From: Desulfobacterales bacterium | GTDB taxonomy: Bacteria; Desulfobacterota; Desulfobacteria; Desulfobacterales; UBA5616 | Direction: 5' to 3' | DNA: 64,000 nucleotides | NCBI GenBank assembly: GCA_046483495.1 | Contig: JAWODC010000074.1 | Coordinates: forward strand, 1-64,000 | Part shown: positions 1 through 9,590 of the stretch, piece by piece | How the letters are laid out: each line of letters starts with the position of its first letter | How positions within the stretch are numbered: position 1 is the first letter of the stretch | Translations under genes and position numbers: made by a program | The notes under the pieces: generated by a model | What the model saw: the letters and a program-made list of their open reading frames with translations, nothing else | The model's database searches: none | Told to the model about the DNA's origin: nothing

Positions 1-644
1 GGTATATCGATTTCCGCCGGACAGGTCTGTTGGCACGGAGCCAGGGCATCGTCCTCCTGGTTGAAGTGGAGCAGCCGCTCAGACATCGTTCGAATATTGA
101 TAATGGATTTAGGGCAGGCTTTCACACAAGCCCCGCACCCGACACACTTGTCCTCATCGACCACCGGATATCCATCCGGACCCATGTGTACTGCATCGAA
201 CTGGCAGGCATGGATGCAGTCTCCCAACCCGATGCATCCAATTCGGCAGACCCGTTTGCCGCCGTAATGCGCGGCTAAGGCCCGGCAACTGTTTATCCCT
301 TGATAAATGTATTTATCCTCCGCACGAAAGCCGCCTTGACACTCGTTTTCTGAAATTTTGGCTTCTGCACTTCCGGCGTCCATTCCCATCACAGAAGCAA
401 TATTTGCGGTCGCTTCCGGACCGGAAATAATGCAGACATTCGGCGGTGCTTTTCCGGTGACAATCGCAACCGCAGCCGCCGAACAGCCGGCGAAACCACA
501 GCCGCCGCAGTTCGCACCGGCAAGATATGATTCGACCTGGGCGATCCTTGGATCTTCATATACGTAAAATACTTTGGATGCGACACTTAGAATCAACCCG
601 CAGAGGGCACCCAAGCCCAGCATAAAAATCAAGGCTCCTATCAC
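1..644 (-). CDS. rnfB: RnfB fused to a GltD-like Fe-S/flavoprotein domain (partial, runs off the left edge)
   Basis: Not in the ORF track; translated by hand from GTG at 644 with AAGGAG upstream. MIGALIFMLGLGALCGLILSVASKVFYVYEDPR, GANCGGCGFAGC, CRIGCIGLGDCIHACQFDA, CVGCGACVKACP, then APCQQTCPAEIDIP. No stop codon before position 1. Confidence 0.92.
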   Translation of the reverse strand, partial: MIGALIFMLGLGALCGLILSVASKVFYVYEDPRIAQVESYLAGANCGGCGFAGCSAAAVAIVTGKAPPNVCIISGPEATANIASVMGMDAGSAEAKISENECQGGFRAEDKYIYQGINSCRALAAHYGGKRVCRIGCIGLGDCIHACQFDAVHMGPDGYPVVDEDKCVGCGACVKACPKSIINIRTMSERLLHFNQEDDALAPCQQTCPAEIDI

Positions 645-684
645 GAAAACCTCCTTATGTTAACGTCCCCGAAAACAGGGACGA

Positions 685-1260
685 TTAAACCATTCCTTTA
701 AATGCAAAAAACGTCAGGGACAGTATCCCGGCGGTAACCAGGGCGATCGATGTGTCCTGAAGCGGTTTCGGAACCCTGGCCAGCATAATCCTTTCCCTTA
801 CACCGGCAAAGAGAATAAGTGCCAAACCAAAACCCAAGGCGTACGAAAAAGATGAAACAAGTGCATTTATAAAGGTATATTCTTCATTGATGTTAATCAG
901 GCAAACACCCATGACGGCACAGTTCGTGGTGATCAGTGGAAGAAAAATGCCGAGGCCGGCGTAAAGGGCCGGAATGCTTTTCTTCAAAAACATCTCCACA
1001 AACTGCACCAGCGAGGCGATTACCAATATAAATGCAATGGTTCTGAGAAATTCCAGCCCGAATTGCTTCAAAATAAATGCATTTACCATCCATGTAATCA
1101 CACCGGCCATGACCATGACGAATACAACCGCCATCGACATACCCACTGCGGTTTCCATTTTTTTGGAAGTTCCCAGAAACGGGCATTGTCCCAAATACTG
1201 AGCCAGGACAATGTTATTAACCAGTATGAAGCCGATTGCCAGGACTATATAATCACCCAT
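685..1260 (-). CDS. rnfA: Rnf complex subunit A
   Basis: Hydrophobic; YLGQCPFLG and LGIFLPLITTNCAV motifs; operon context. Confidence 0.95.
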   Translation of the reverse strand: MGDYIVLAIGFILVNNIVLAQYLGQCPFLGTSKKMETAVGMSMAVVFVMVMAGVITWMVNAFILKQFGLEFLRTIAFILVIASLVQFVEMFLKKSIPALYAGLGIFLPLITTNCAVMGVCLININEEYTFINALVSSFSYALGFGLALILFAGVRERIMLARVPKPLQDTSIALVTAGILSLTFFAFKGMV

Positions 1261-1269
1261 CTCTTTCTC

Positions 1270-1878
1270 CTATTTCTTTCCGATCAAGTTCAGGAAGCAC
1301 AACATCAGCCCAAGGCCGACAAAAGCGCCGGGGGCTTCCACCATAAACGTGAACGGTTCGAATGATGCGCCCATAACCGGTATGGATTTTTCCCAGAAAG
1401 TCAGCGTACCGGCTCCCAAAAGCTCCCGGACGGCGCCCAGAGACGCGAGTGAGAGCGTAAAGCCGATGCCGATGCCGAGGCCATCGGCAAAGGACGGCAA
1501 TATGGGATTTTTTGACGCAAATGCCTCGGAACGTCCCAAGACGATACAGTTGACCACGATCAGGGGGATAAATATGCCCAACTTCAGAAACAGCGGATAT
1601 GCAAACGCCTGCATCAGAAGCTCCACTATGGTCACGAATGTGGCGATAATAATAATAAAGCAGGCAATTCGGATTTTTGCCGGAATCACTTTTCTCAACG
1701 TCGAGACCAGAATGTTCGAGCACACCAGTACAAAGGTGGTTGCCAAACCCATGCCCAACCCGTTTTCCACCGTTTTGGTCACCGCCAGGACCGGGCACAA
1801 ACCCAGCACCAGTCGAAACGGCGGCACTTCATCCCATAATCCCTTGACAAATTCCTGTGCGATTGACTTAGCCATCAT
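1270..1878 (-). CDS. rnfE: Rnf complex subunit E
   Basis: LGLCPVLAVT and LGIFIPLIVVNCIVLGR motifs. Confidence 0.95.
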   Translation of the reverse strand: MMAKSIAQEFVKGLWDEVPPFRLVLGLCPVLAVTKTVENGLGMGLATTFVLVCSNILVSTLRKVIPAKIRIACFIIIIATFVTIVELLMQAFAYPLFLKLGIFIPLIVVNCIVLGRSEAFASKNPILPSFADGLGIGIGFTLSLASLGAVRELLGAGTLTFWEKSIPVMGASFEPFTFMVEAPGAFVGLGLMLCFLNLIGKK

Positions 1879-1888
1879 ATTCTCCCAG

Positions 1889-2479
1889 CTATTTGTAGTC
1901 GCTTAACTTTTCCATGATCTGAGGCTTCAGGCGACCATAGACATCGGTTGCTTTCGTTGCAGCCGATGTCACAGCCCTCGAAGTGATGGTCGCGCCACTG
2001 ATAGCGTTGACCGATCCGCCGTCCTGAGTGACTTTTACCGGTTGATCCGCCGGCAATCCGGAAAACTGGGCGGCGAATGCTGGATCATCCTTCGCCAGGG
2101 ACCCCAACCCGGGCGTCTCCGCATGGGTCGTAACCCCCACTCCGGCAAGGCGCTCTTCTTCCGTATTTATGCCGACCATTACGCCGATGTCTCCGCCATA
2201 CCCTTTTCCGTAAGTTTCCAAAGCGATTTTTTTCGGCTCCCCGTCGAAGACACCGACAAAGACCGTTTTCTCGAGTCCGTCGGTTTCAATGGTGAAACGG
2301 TCGGATATGGGATCGTTTTCGGCCCCTTGCAGAATGGCGCGGATGGCGGGTCCCTTCACAAACTCGAGCTGTTGATTTGCGATACGATCCTGGGTTCCGT
2401 TTCTGATGGCCGCCAAAAGGCCGCCGGAAACGGAGCTCAACAAGGTCAACACAATTACCATTTTAATCATATCTCGCAT
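1889..2479 (-). CDS. rnfG: Rnf complex subunit G
   Basis: N-terminal TM helix, GYGGDI, HAETPGLGS, ISGATITS flavinylation motif; ATG at 2479 chosen as start. Confidence 0.93.
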   Translation of the reverse strand: MRDMIKMVIVLTLLSSVSGGLLAAIRNGTQDRIANQQLEFVKGPAIRAILQGAENDPISDRFTIETDGLEKTVFVGVFDGEPKKIALETYGKGYGGDIGVMVGINTEEERLAGVGVTTHAETPGLGSLAKDDPAFAAQFSGLPADQPVKVTQDGGSVNAISGATITSRAVTSAATKATDVYGRLKPQIMEKLSDYK

Positions 2480-2480
2480 G

Positions 2481-3440
2481 TTACGCAACCTTCCCTATCG
2501 CTTTAGGTCTGATTTTATCCAGAAGCGGATTAACCAGATTCATAATGAGAATGGCATACAACACCCCGTCGACATAGGCGCCGATATTGCGAATCAAGAT
2601 CGTCAGCACACCGGCTCCCGCACCAAAAACCCACATGGGCAACGTGTTCACCGGTGAGGATGCATCTTCCGTGGCAAGAAAAAAAGCGCCTATCAGAGTA
2701 TAACCTGTAAAAAGATGAAACAACGGTCCGGCGTATTTGTCCGGATTGCCCATACTGAAAAGCATGGCGGTCACAAAAATGCCCGCAAGGAAAGAAACGC
2801 TGATTTCCCATCGAATAAAGCCGCGCAGGATCAGGTAAATTCCACCCAGTATCAGGCCCAGCCCGAAAACGGCGCCTATGCCGCCGACCTGACGTCCCAG
2901 CAGCAGGTCGATGATCGTAATATCCTCGACAGCGGATAACCCGAAATACTTCAAGGCCGCCAACGGATATACCGCAACGAAATCAAAATCATAATTCACG
3001 AGTGCTGCATCGAAGTCAAAGTAAGTCCGCCAGGAAACCATTAAAATGCTAAGAGAAACCACTACCGGGTTGAATACGTTATTCCCTATCCCCCCGAAAA
3101 TATACTTGCCGATGATAACGGCGATAAACGTTCCGGTTACAACGATCCACCATGGAATCACCGCCGGCAACAGCATGCCGAACAACAAACCGATGAGAGC
3201 GGCGCTTCCATCTCCCACTGTATTGGATTTTTTGGTGATCTTATTGATCAGCACCTCCCATATGATCGCAGTGGAAACGGAAAGCGCGATCACGGCAAGG
3301 GCAGGGACACCGAACCGGTACAGACCGAACAATACCGCCGGCAAGGCCGCCAGCATGGTGTGATAATTCCGTTCCGATATGGAACTGCCGTTATGCCAGA
3401 AGGGTGCATGTGATACTATAAATTTTTTATCGTTACTCAT
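2481..3440 (-). CDS. rnfD: Rnf complex subunit D (atypical, no ATPL flavinylation motif)
   Basis: Multi-TM; KYIFGGIGNNVFNP, GAFFLATE..SSP, YAILIMN..PLLD. Confidence 0.92.
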   Translation of the reverse strand: MSNDKKFIVSHAPFWHNGSSISERNYHTMLAALPAVLFGLYRFGVPALAVIALSVSTAIIWEVLINKITKKSNTVGDGSAALIGLLFGMLLPAVIPWWIVVTGTFIAVIIGKYIFGGIGNNVFNPVVVSLSILMVSWRTYFDFDAALVNYDFDFVAVYPLAALKYFGLSAVEDITIIDLLLGRQVGGIGAVFGLGLILGGIYLILRGFIRWEISVSFLAGIFVTAMLFSMGNPDKYAGPLFHLFTGYTLIGAFFLATEDASSPVNTLPMWVFGAGAGVLTILIRNIGAYVDGVLYAILIMNLVNPLLDKIRPKAIGKVA

Positions 3441-4710
3441 GAGCCGCCTCCGCTGTTTCCGCCCGGTTCAATTCATATTTGGCCAATCGAATGTACTGAA
3501 ATACCGGTACTTTTGCTACACAAACATAGCTGCACAGTCCGCACCCGATGCATGAATACAGGTCATAGTCGTCTGCAGCCTCTTCATAAAGCCCCGCCTC
3601 CAAAAGTCTCACCAGCATATTTACCGGAATATTTGCAGGGCAGATCCTGACGCATTCGCCGCAATTGACGCAGGGATAGTCCGATACCAGTGAGATATCG
3701 GCCTTGTCTTGAACCATGACAGCGTCGGTATCCGGGCCCACGGGATAATCTTCGGCATAAATCGCCGATCCGGTCAAGGGACCGCCGATGATCAGCCGGT
3801 CCCGCTCCCGGACAGTAACTCCGCAGCTCTTGAAAATATGCCCCATGGGCGTCCCGAGGCGGGCTGAAACCAATTCTTTTTCACCGTCCTTTTTCACCAG
3901 CGTCACGATCTTATCCGCCGGTATGCGGCCGGTTTCGAAGGCTTTTCCGATTGAGGCGACGGCTTCGGCACTCATGAACACAACCCCCATATCCTCGCAT
4001 GTCTTGCCGGCGGGTACGGGCCGCCCCATGACCTTATCCATAATTACCTTCGGATGGGCGGACGGGTAGGTCAAATCAACCCCCCTCAATTCCGCACCGG
4101 TGTGACCGAATCCCGGTACAAGGTCACGGGGCAAGGCGATAATGATATCCTCGATTCCCGTAATTTTCTTCAATATTTCGATTCCCCGGACAACATCGTC
4201 GATCCGGTACTTAATCACGTACTGATTGGTGGTGATCAACAGGTCTGTATTGCCGCCGAAAACGACAATGGTCTCTATCGGCTTTTCAGGGTCTTGAAAA
4301 ACATCGAAACGGGCTTCACCGGGCAGAAAGGACAAATAGTCGGCAGCGGTTTGCAGCGAGGGCTCTTCTATAAGAGATGTGAAAGAATCCTCTTCCTCTT
4401 CCGTTTTCGCAGTCTCGATGGTAATTGCCGTATAGGACTTTCCATAATCGCCGACAAAACCTGAAACGCCGGTTATTTTCCCGGAAACGGATGAGATAAC
4501 GTAAGCATCCCGCCCTTCTTTCAATGTGAGCTTTTGCCCCTTTTTTACGCTATCCCCGATTTTTATGTCGATATCGTTTCGCGTAAACGGATCGTCCAGC
4601 ATCAAGGTAACGGTAGGGGGCAACGCGATCTGCTTTGGTTCAGACAAGCGACCGTCAATTAGTTCGTAATTGATTTTCGGTTTGGACATGCAGAAAAACG
4701 ATCGTTTCAT
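3433..4710 (-). CDS. rnfC: Rnf complex subunit C (atypical)
   Basis: IGDSVKKGQ..SSVSGKI sandwich-barrel region, SLBB-like IIGGPLTG, CVNCGECVRICP and CIGCGLCSYVC; position in operon. Confidence 0.88.
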   Translation of the reverse strand: MKRSFFCMSKPKINYELIDGRLSEPKQIALPPTVTLMLDDPFTRNDIDIKIGDSVKKGQKLTLKEGRDAYVISSVSGKITGVSGFVGDYGKSYTAITIETAKTEEEEDSFTSLIEEPSLQTAADYLSFLPGEARFDVFQDPEKPIETIVVFGGNTDLLITTNQYVIKYRIDDVVRGIEILKKITGIEDIIIALPRDLVPGFGHTGAELRGVDLTYPSAHPKVIMDKVMGRPVPAGKTCEDMGVVFMSAEAVASIGKAFETGRIPADKIVTLVKKDGEKELVSARLGTPMGHIFKSCGVTVRERDRLIIGGPLTGSAIYAEDYPVGPDTDAVMVQDKADISLVSDYPCVNCGECVRICPANIPVNMLVRLLEAGLYEEAADDYDLYSCIGCGLCSYVCVAKVPVFQYIRLAKYELNRAETAEAAHE

Positions 4711-4761
4711 TATAGTATACCTTTTTTAATATTCACCTGACGGGTCGATCGGGTCATGGCG

Positions 4762-5196
4762 TTACATAACATGGCAACCGGCACATTCCGTCGGTCCCTT
4801 TTCAAAATCGTCATGGCATTCAATGCACTGTGAATGAAACGCGTCCGAACGTTTCACCATTTCCAATCCTTCTATTTCATCGGCGTAATGGCATTCCATA
4901 CAGGCTTCGATTTGCGTTGCCTCGGCTTCTTCGGGTCCGTGGCAGTCCCCGCAGGAACGGATTGCCGATTCATCTTCTTGGGGATGGTGGTGACAATCAA
5001 AGCAGGATATGCCGTAACCCGACGGAACCGTGTGCGTCTTATGCAGGAACAGCACACTTCCGGCCGATGTCTCGAACATCAGTCGAATCGGTTCTTCCGG
5101 AGCTCTTTTGGAAAAAGCCGCATAGCTGAACACCCCAACAACAAACAGAACGACAGCCAGGCCGTAAGCTAGCCGCATTTCCTTCTTCGAATTCAT
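4762..5196 (-). CDS. Membrane-anchored or exported multiheme cytochrome c (c3-like, 5 CxxCH)
   Basis: N-terminal hydrophobic segment; VLFLHKTH; CFDCH, CGDCH, CMECH, CIECH, CAGCH. Confidence 0.9.
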   Translation of the reverse strand: MNSKKEMRLAYGLAVVLFVVGVFSYAAFSKRAPEEPIRLMFETSAGSVLFLHKTHTVPSGYGISCFDCHHHPQEDESAIRSCGDCHGPEEAEATQIEACMECHYADEIEGLEMVKRSDAFHSQCIECHDDFEKGPTECAGCHVM

Positions 5197-5368
5197 TTTT
5201 TCATTATTCCTTTCAGCAATTTATCGGATTTGCAGGCATCAACAAAATCAAAGATGGCGAGTATCATAGAGTACTAAAACTTTCAAGGGCTTTTTTCCGT
5301 GGTTCGTGACGATTCCTTCCCGATGTAAACGGCCGTAGATTGCAGATTCATCATCACAATCGGAAAGA

Positions 5369-7051
5369 TCAGTGCATGGGGAGAAGTGCCGCAGACGTAT
5401 GCAAGGCGCGACGATACTCCTCCTTCAGGCGGGATACATCGAATCCATGATCGATGAAGTGCCAGGGGAGAATACGGTCCACCATTTCTTCTTTGGTATA
5501 AAAATCCGTATTGAGAGCGGTTTCCTTTAAGGTTTTTGCCCAATTGCCTTTATTTTTATGCAGATGGATGAGAAATCCCCCAACCTGCCGATCCCCTCGG
5601 GAAAGGAGTGCCTGGTGATGCGCCTGCCGGGGGGACTCGGCAAACACACGGACATTGGGGAGGCTTTTCAACCCGTTTGTGACATGTTTGATCTTTTGCT
5701 TGATCGATTTGCCGTCCGCCGCCGCCGTCCACTGAAAAGGCGTAAACGGTTTCGGGACAAACGGGTTCAGGCTCACCGTGATGGTTCCGACGCGCTTTTT
5801 ACTCCGGCCGGCCGTCAGAAATACGGTTTTTGCCCGGGCCACCAGTTTGACGATTGCCTCGACATCTTCGGCGGTTTCAGTGGGAAGGCCCACCATAAAG
5901 TAGAGCTTTACATTCGGAATGCCGGCCTCGACCAGCCGTTGCACCGCGGCAAGAACGGCTTCTTCGGTGAGGCCCTTTTTAATGACCTCCCTCATCCGCT
6001 CAGATCCTGCGTCCGGGGCGATGGCGGCGGTCTTGATCCGGCTGTTCCGCAATACCTCGATGATTTCCCCGGACAGACGGTCCGCCCGCAGCGAGCTGAA
6101 CGATACCCTCGCATCGGTTTCCGATGCCAAACGGCACAATGCTGGCAAATCGGGAAGATCAGTAACAGCGGCCCCGACAAGCCCGATGTGATCCGTCAGG
6201 GCGATCCCCTGATTCATGGCATCGGCGAGTCGGCCGAGACTTCGAAATCGGGGCGGCCGATAAACATACCCGGTGCTGCAGAAACGGCATCGATGGGGGC
6301 ATCCCCTTCCCACTTCGATGAGGAACATCCTGCCAAACGGCGCGTGGGGGGAAATGACGGTGCTGGTTGTCGAGAAACCGGATATGTCTTCGGCATAAGG
6401 CCTGCACACCTTTATGGGCACATCCGTCACGGGCTCGAACGTTTTGACGGCACCGTCGGAATCGAAAACGGTTTCATATAGTGCAGGAACATAGGCACCC
6501 GGAACATGCCGGGCCAGGCATAACAGGTTGGATGACCGGGAACGTTTCGGATCATACGTCTTGAAAAATTCAGGAAGGACGGCCTCGGCTTCACCGATCA
6601 GAAAGCAGTCGATAAATGAGGCAAGGGGTTCAGGATTCAAAAAGCAGGCAACACCGCCGGCGATAATGAGAGGCAAGCCGCTGTTTCGGTGCTCCGCCTT
6701 CAGCGGAATACCGGCAGTATCCAGTATGCGCAAAATGTTGGGATAATCGTTTTCGAAAGAAACGCTGAAAGCAACGATGTCGAACTGCTTCAGATCCCGG
6801 CACGACTCCACGGTTTTGATGCCGGAAGCGTCGGAAGGGCCTTGTTGGGGGAGAAAGGCCCTTTCGCACACGACGTGACCATATTCGTTGAACAGCCGGT
6901 AAACCGTTTGGAAACCCAGACTGGACATACCGACGGGGTAGTTGTTGGGATACACCAAGGCGATGTTGATCCGCCCTTCAGGGCGTTTGAATATCGCGCC
7001 TATTTCCGATGCTGACGGGTTTTCATTCGCATATTGAAATCGTTTAGCCAT
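5369..7051 (-). CDS. Radical SAM protein with B12-binding-like N-terminal domain
   Basis: YPNNYPVGMSSLG; EVGRGCPHRCRFC (CxxxCxxC); KLYFMVGLPTE; FVPKPFTPFQW. Confidence 0.88.
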   Translation of the reverse strand: MAKRFQYANENPSASEIGAIFKRPEGRINIALVYPNNYPVGMSSLGFQTVYRLFNEYGHVVCERAFLPQQGPSDASGIKTVESCRDLKQFDIVAFSVSFENDYPNILRILDTAGIPLKAEHRNSGLPLIIAGGVACFLNPEPLASFIDCFLIGEAEAVLPEFFKTYDPKRSRSSNLLCLARHVPGAYVPALYETVFDSDGAVKTFEPVTDVPIKVCRPYAEDISGFSTTSTVISPHAPFGRMFLIEVGRGCPHRCRFCSTGYVYRPPRFRSLGRLADAMNQGIALTDHIGLVGAAVTDLPDLPALCRLASETDARVSFSSLRADRLSGEIIEVLRNSRIKTAAIAPDAGSERMREVIKKGLTEEAVLAAVQRLVEAGIPNVKLYFMVGLPTETAEDVEAIVKLVARAKTVFLTAGRSKKRVGTITVSLNPFVPKPFTPFQWTAAADGKSIKQKIKHVTNGLKSLPNVRVFAESPRQAHHQALLSRGDRQVGGFLIHLHKNKGNWAKTLKETALNTDFYTKEEMVDRILPWHFIDHGFDVSRLKEEYRRALHTSAALLPMH

Positions 7052-7104
7052 ACGTTAACATCATGCCATGAACACGTCCCCCGCGTCAACGCCGGTTCAG
7101 ATCC

Positions 7105-8292
7105 TCAATCGGCCTTCCGCCTGAGGAAGGTGGGGACGTCCAGATCACTGTTGTCCAGGATCACCCCCCTGTACCCACGGTAAGACGAACCCGCCGACTC
7201 ATTTGCCGCACGCTTTTTTCGAATGAACGTGGGTTCATCGAGATCGACGGCATTCCGCAGATCATCAGGGGTGATGTCCCTGACCTTCCCGCCGTAGGTG
7301 GCATCGGGTCGGGGCACTTCCTGCAGCACTTTTTCCGGTTCCGACCCGATTCCGGTGGCAATCACGGTAACGCGCAGTTCATCGCCCAGGCTTTCATCGA
7401 TGGCGGTTCCCCATATGATTTCCGCATCTTCGCCGACTTCGTCGTAGATTCTTTCAGAGGCTTCCGTCATTTCATCCATGGTGATATCGCTGGTGCTCGT
7501 AATGTTGATCAATACGCCCTTGGCACCGGAAATGGGTACGTCTTCGAGCAGGGGGTGGGATATGGCGCTCTCAGCGGCCTCCCTGGCCCGGTTTTCCCCG
7601 GTGGCGATACCGATGCCCATAATCGCCATCCCGGCCTTGGACATGGTTGTTTTTACATCGGCGAAATCCAGGTTAATCAGGCCGGGGATCATAATCAGAT
7701 CGGTGATGCCTTTTACGGAATGAAGCAGTATTTCGTCCGCCTTTTTAAGCATGTCCGTCATCTTGGCATTTTTCTGGGCCAATCCCCTCAGCCGGTCGTT
7801 CGGAATCGTAATCACCGTATCGGCGATCTCCTTGAGTTCCTCCAATCCCTTTTCAGCCGCTTGCAGCCGTTTCTTGCCCTCGAAGGAAAACGGCTTGGAG
7901 ACCACCGCTACAGTCAGGGCGCCCACCTCCTTACAGATATCGGCGATAACGGGCCCTGCACCTGTTCCGGTGCCGCCGCCGAATCCCGCCGTGATAAACA
8001 CCATGTGGCTTCCTTCCAGTGCGCTTCTGATGGCTTCACGATTTTCCATGGCCGCTTCACGACCGATGGCCGGGTTGGCGCCGGCACCGAGACCCTGGGT
8101 CAATCTTTCTCCCATCTGGACCTTCAATTGGGCCTTGGATACTTCGAGAGCCTGCGAATCCGTATTCGCCGCGATAAACTTTACTCCTTTGAGGTCGGCT
8201 TCGATCATGTTGTTGACGGCATTCCCGCCGGCGCCTCCGACTCCGATCACCTTAATCTTTGCAGCTTTTTCACTTTCTACATACGTAAACAT
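7105..8292 (-). CDS. ftsZ: Cell division protein FtsZ
   Basis: IKVIGVGGAGGNA, GGGTGTG, INLDFADV, C-terminal DVPTFLR. Confidence 0.99.
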   Translation of the reverse strand: MFTYVESEKAAKIKVIGVGGAGGNAVNNMIEADLKGVKFIAANTDSQALEVSKAQLKVQMGERLTQGLGAGANPAIGREAAMENREAIRSALEGSHMVFITAGFGGGTGTGAGPVIADICKEVGALTVAVVSKPFSFEGKKRLQAAEKGLEELKEIADTVITIPNDRLRGLAQKNAKMTDMLKKADEILLHSVKGITDLIMIPGLINLDFADVKTTMSKAGMAIMGIGIATGENRAREAAESAISHPLLEDVPISGAKGVLINITSTSDITMDEMTEASERIYDEVGEDAEIIWGTAIDESLGDELRVTVIATGIGSEPEKVLQEVPRPDATYGGKVRDITPDDLRNAVDLDEPTFIRKKRAANESAGSSYRGYRGVILDNSDLDVPTFLRRKAD

Positions 8293-8363
8293 AATTTCCT
8301 CCCCCTAAGCTTGTGATTCGGTTTATCATGATATCCGGCTTGTAAACGATCCGAAAGGACCGG

Positions 8364-9590
8364 TCACACCACTTCCTTGAACCATCGCCGCATACGGGAA
8401 ACCAATCGGTTAAAGATATTTTTGTCCCGTATTCTGAACTTCTTCGAGGTTTGATTTTTGGCACCGTACATCACCAATCCCACACCCGTGGCGTACATGG
8501 GGTTGTTGACGACGTCCACCAGTCCGGTGATGCCGATAGGCCTGCCAAGGCGCGTCGGCACGTTGAACACCGACTCGGCGATCTCGATGGTTCCATCCAA
8601 CAGCGCCGATCCGCCCGTAAGCACCATCCCCGATGCAATGAAATGTTCCATGTCAGATTTGTAAATCTCGCGCTTGACCAGTGAGAAAATTTCCTCCATT
8701 CGGGGTTCGAGTATCTCGCCCAGCACCTGCCGGGAAAGCTTTTTGGGCTTGCGTCCCCCCATTCCGGGAACCTCGATGGCTTCATCCCCCCCGATGTTTC
8801 GCGATATGCAGCAGCCATACTGCCTTTTGATTTTTTCCGCCTCCGCCAACGGGGCGCGCAATCCGACGGCGATGTCGTTGGTGAGGTTGTTCCCGCCAAG
8901 TGCAAGCACGAATGTATGTTTGATATTGTTTTTGGAAAAAACCGCCAAATCCGTCGTTCCGCCTCCAAGGTCGATCAGTCCCGTGCCGAGCTCTCTTTCT
9001 TCCTTTGTCAGCACCGCCTCCCCGGAGGCGAGCGACTCCAAGACGATATCACAGACATCTAAGCCGGACCGGTTGGCGCACTTTACGATGTTGTGGGCCG
9101 AAGTCACCGCGCCGGTGACAATATGAATTTTGGCTTCAAGGCGGACTCCGGCCATTCCGATGGGATTCTGAATGCCGGTTTGGTCATCCACGATGAATTC
9201 CTGCGGGAGAACATGGATGACTTCACGGTCCATGGGAATTGCAACGGCACGGGCGGCGTCCACCACCCTGTCCACATCATGTTGCGTGATTTCAGCCCCC
9301 TTTATGGCCACGATTCCCCTGCTGTTGAACCCCATGATATGCCCGCCGGCAATACCGGCGTAAACCGATGAAATCTCGCATCCGGCCATGAGTTCCGCTT
9401 CTTCCACGGCCTTTTTTATGGATTCGACCGTGGATTCGATATTGACTACGACGCCTTTTCTCAACCCGATGGATGGGTGGGATCCGATGCCGATGATGTT
9501 GATTTCATTACCCGTCACATCCCCGACAACCGCACATATCTTTGTGGTTCCCACATCCAGACCGACAATGATATTTTCATGCCCCGCCAT
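8364..9590 (-). CDS. ftsA: Cell division protein FtsA
   Basis: GLDVGTTKI, IDLGGGTTD, VLTGGSA, amphipathic C-terminus. Confidence 0.98.
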   Translation of the reverse strand: MAGHENIIVGLDVGTTKICAVVGDVTGNEINIIGIGSHPSIGLRKGVVVNIESTVESIKKAVEEAELMAGCEISSVYAGIAGGHIMGFNSRGIVAIKGAEITQHDVDRVVDAARAVAIPMDREVIHVLPQEFIVDDQTGIQNPIGMAGVRLEAKIHIVTGAVTSAHNIVKCANRSGLDVCDIVLESLASGEAVLTKEERELGTGLIDLGGGTTDLAVFSKNNIKHTFVLALGGNNLTNDIAVGLRAPLAEAEKIKRQYGCCISRNIGGDEAIEVPGMGGRKPKKLSRQVLGEILEPRMEEIFSLVKREIYKSDMEHFIASGMVLTGGSALLDGTIEIAESVFNVPTRLGRPIGITGLVDVVNNPMYATGVGLVMYGAKNQTSKKFRIRDKNIFNRLVSRMRRWFKEVV

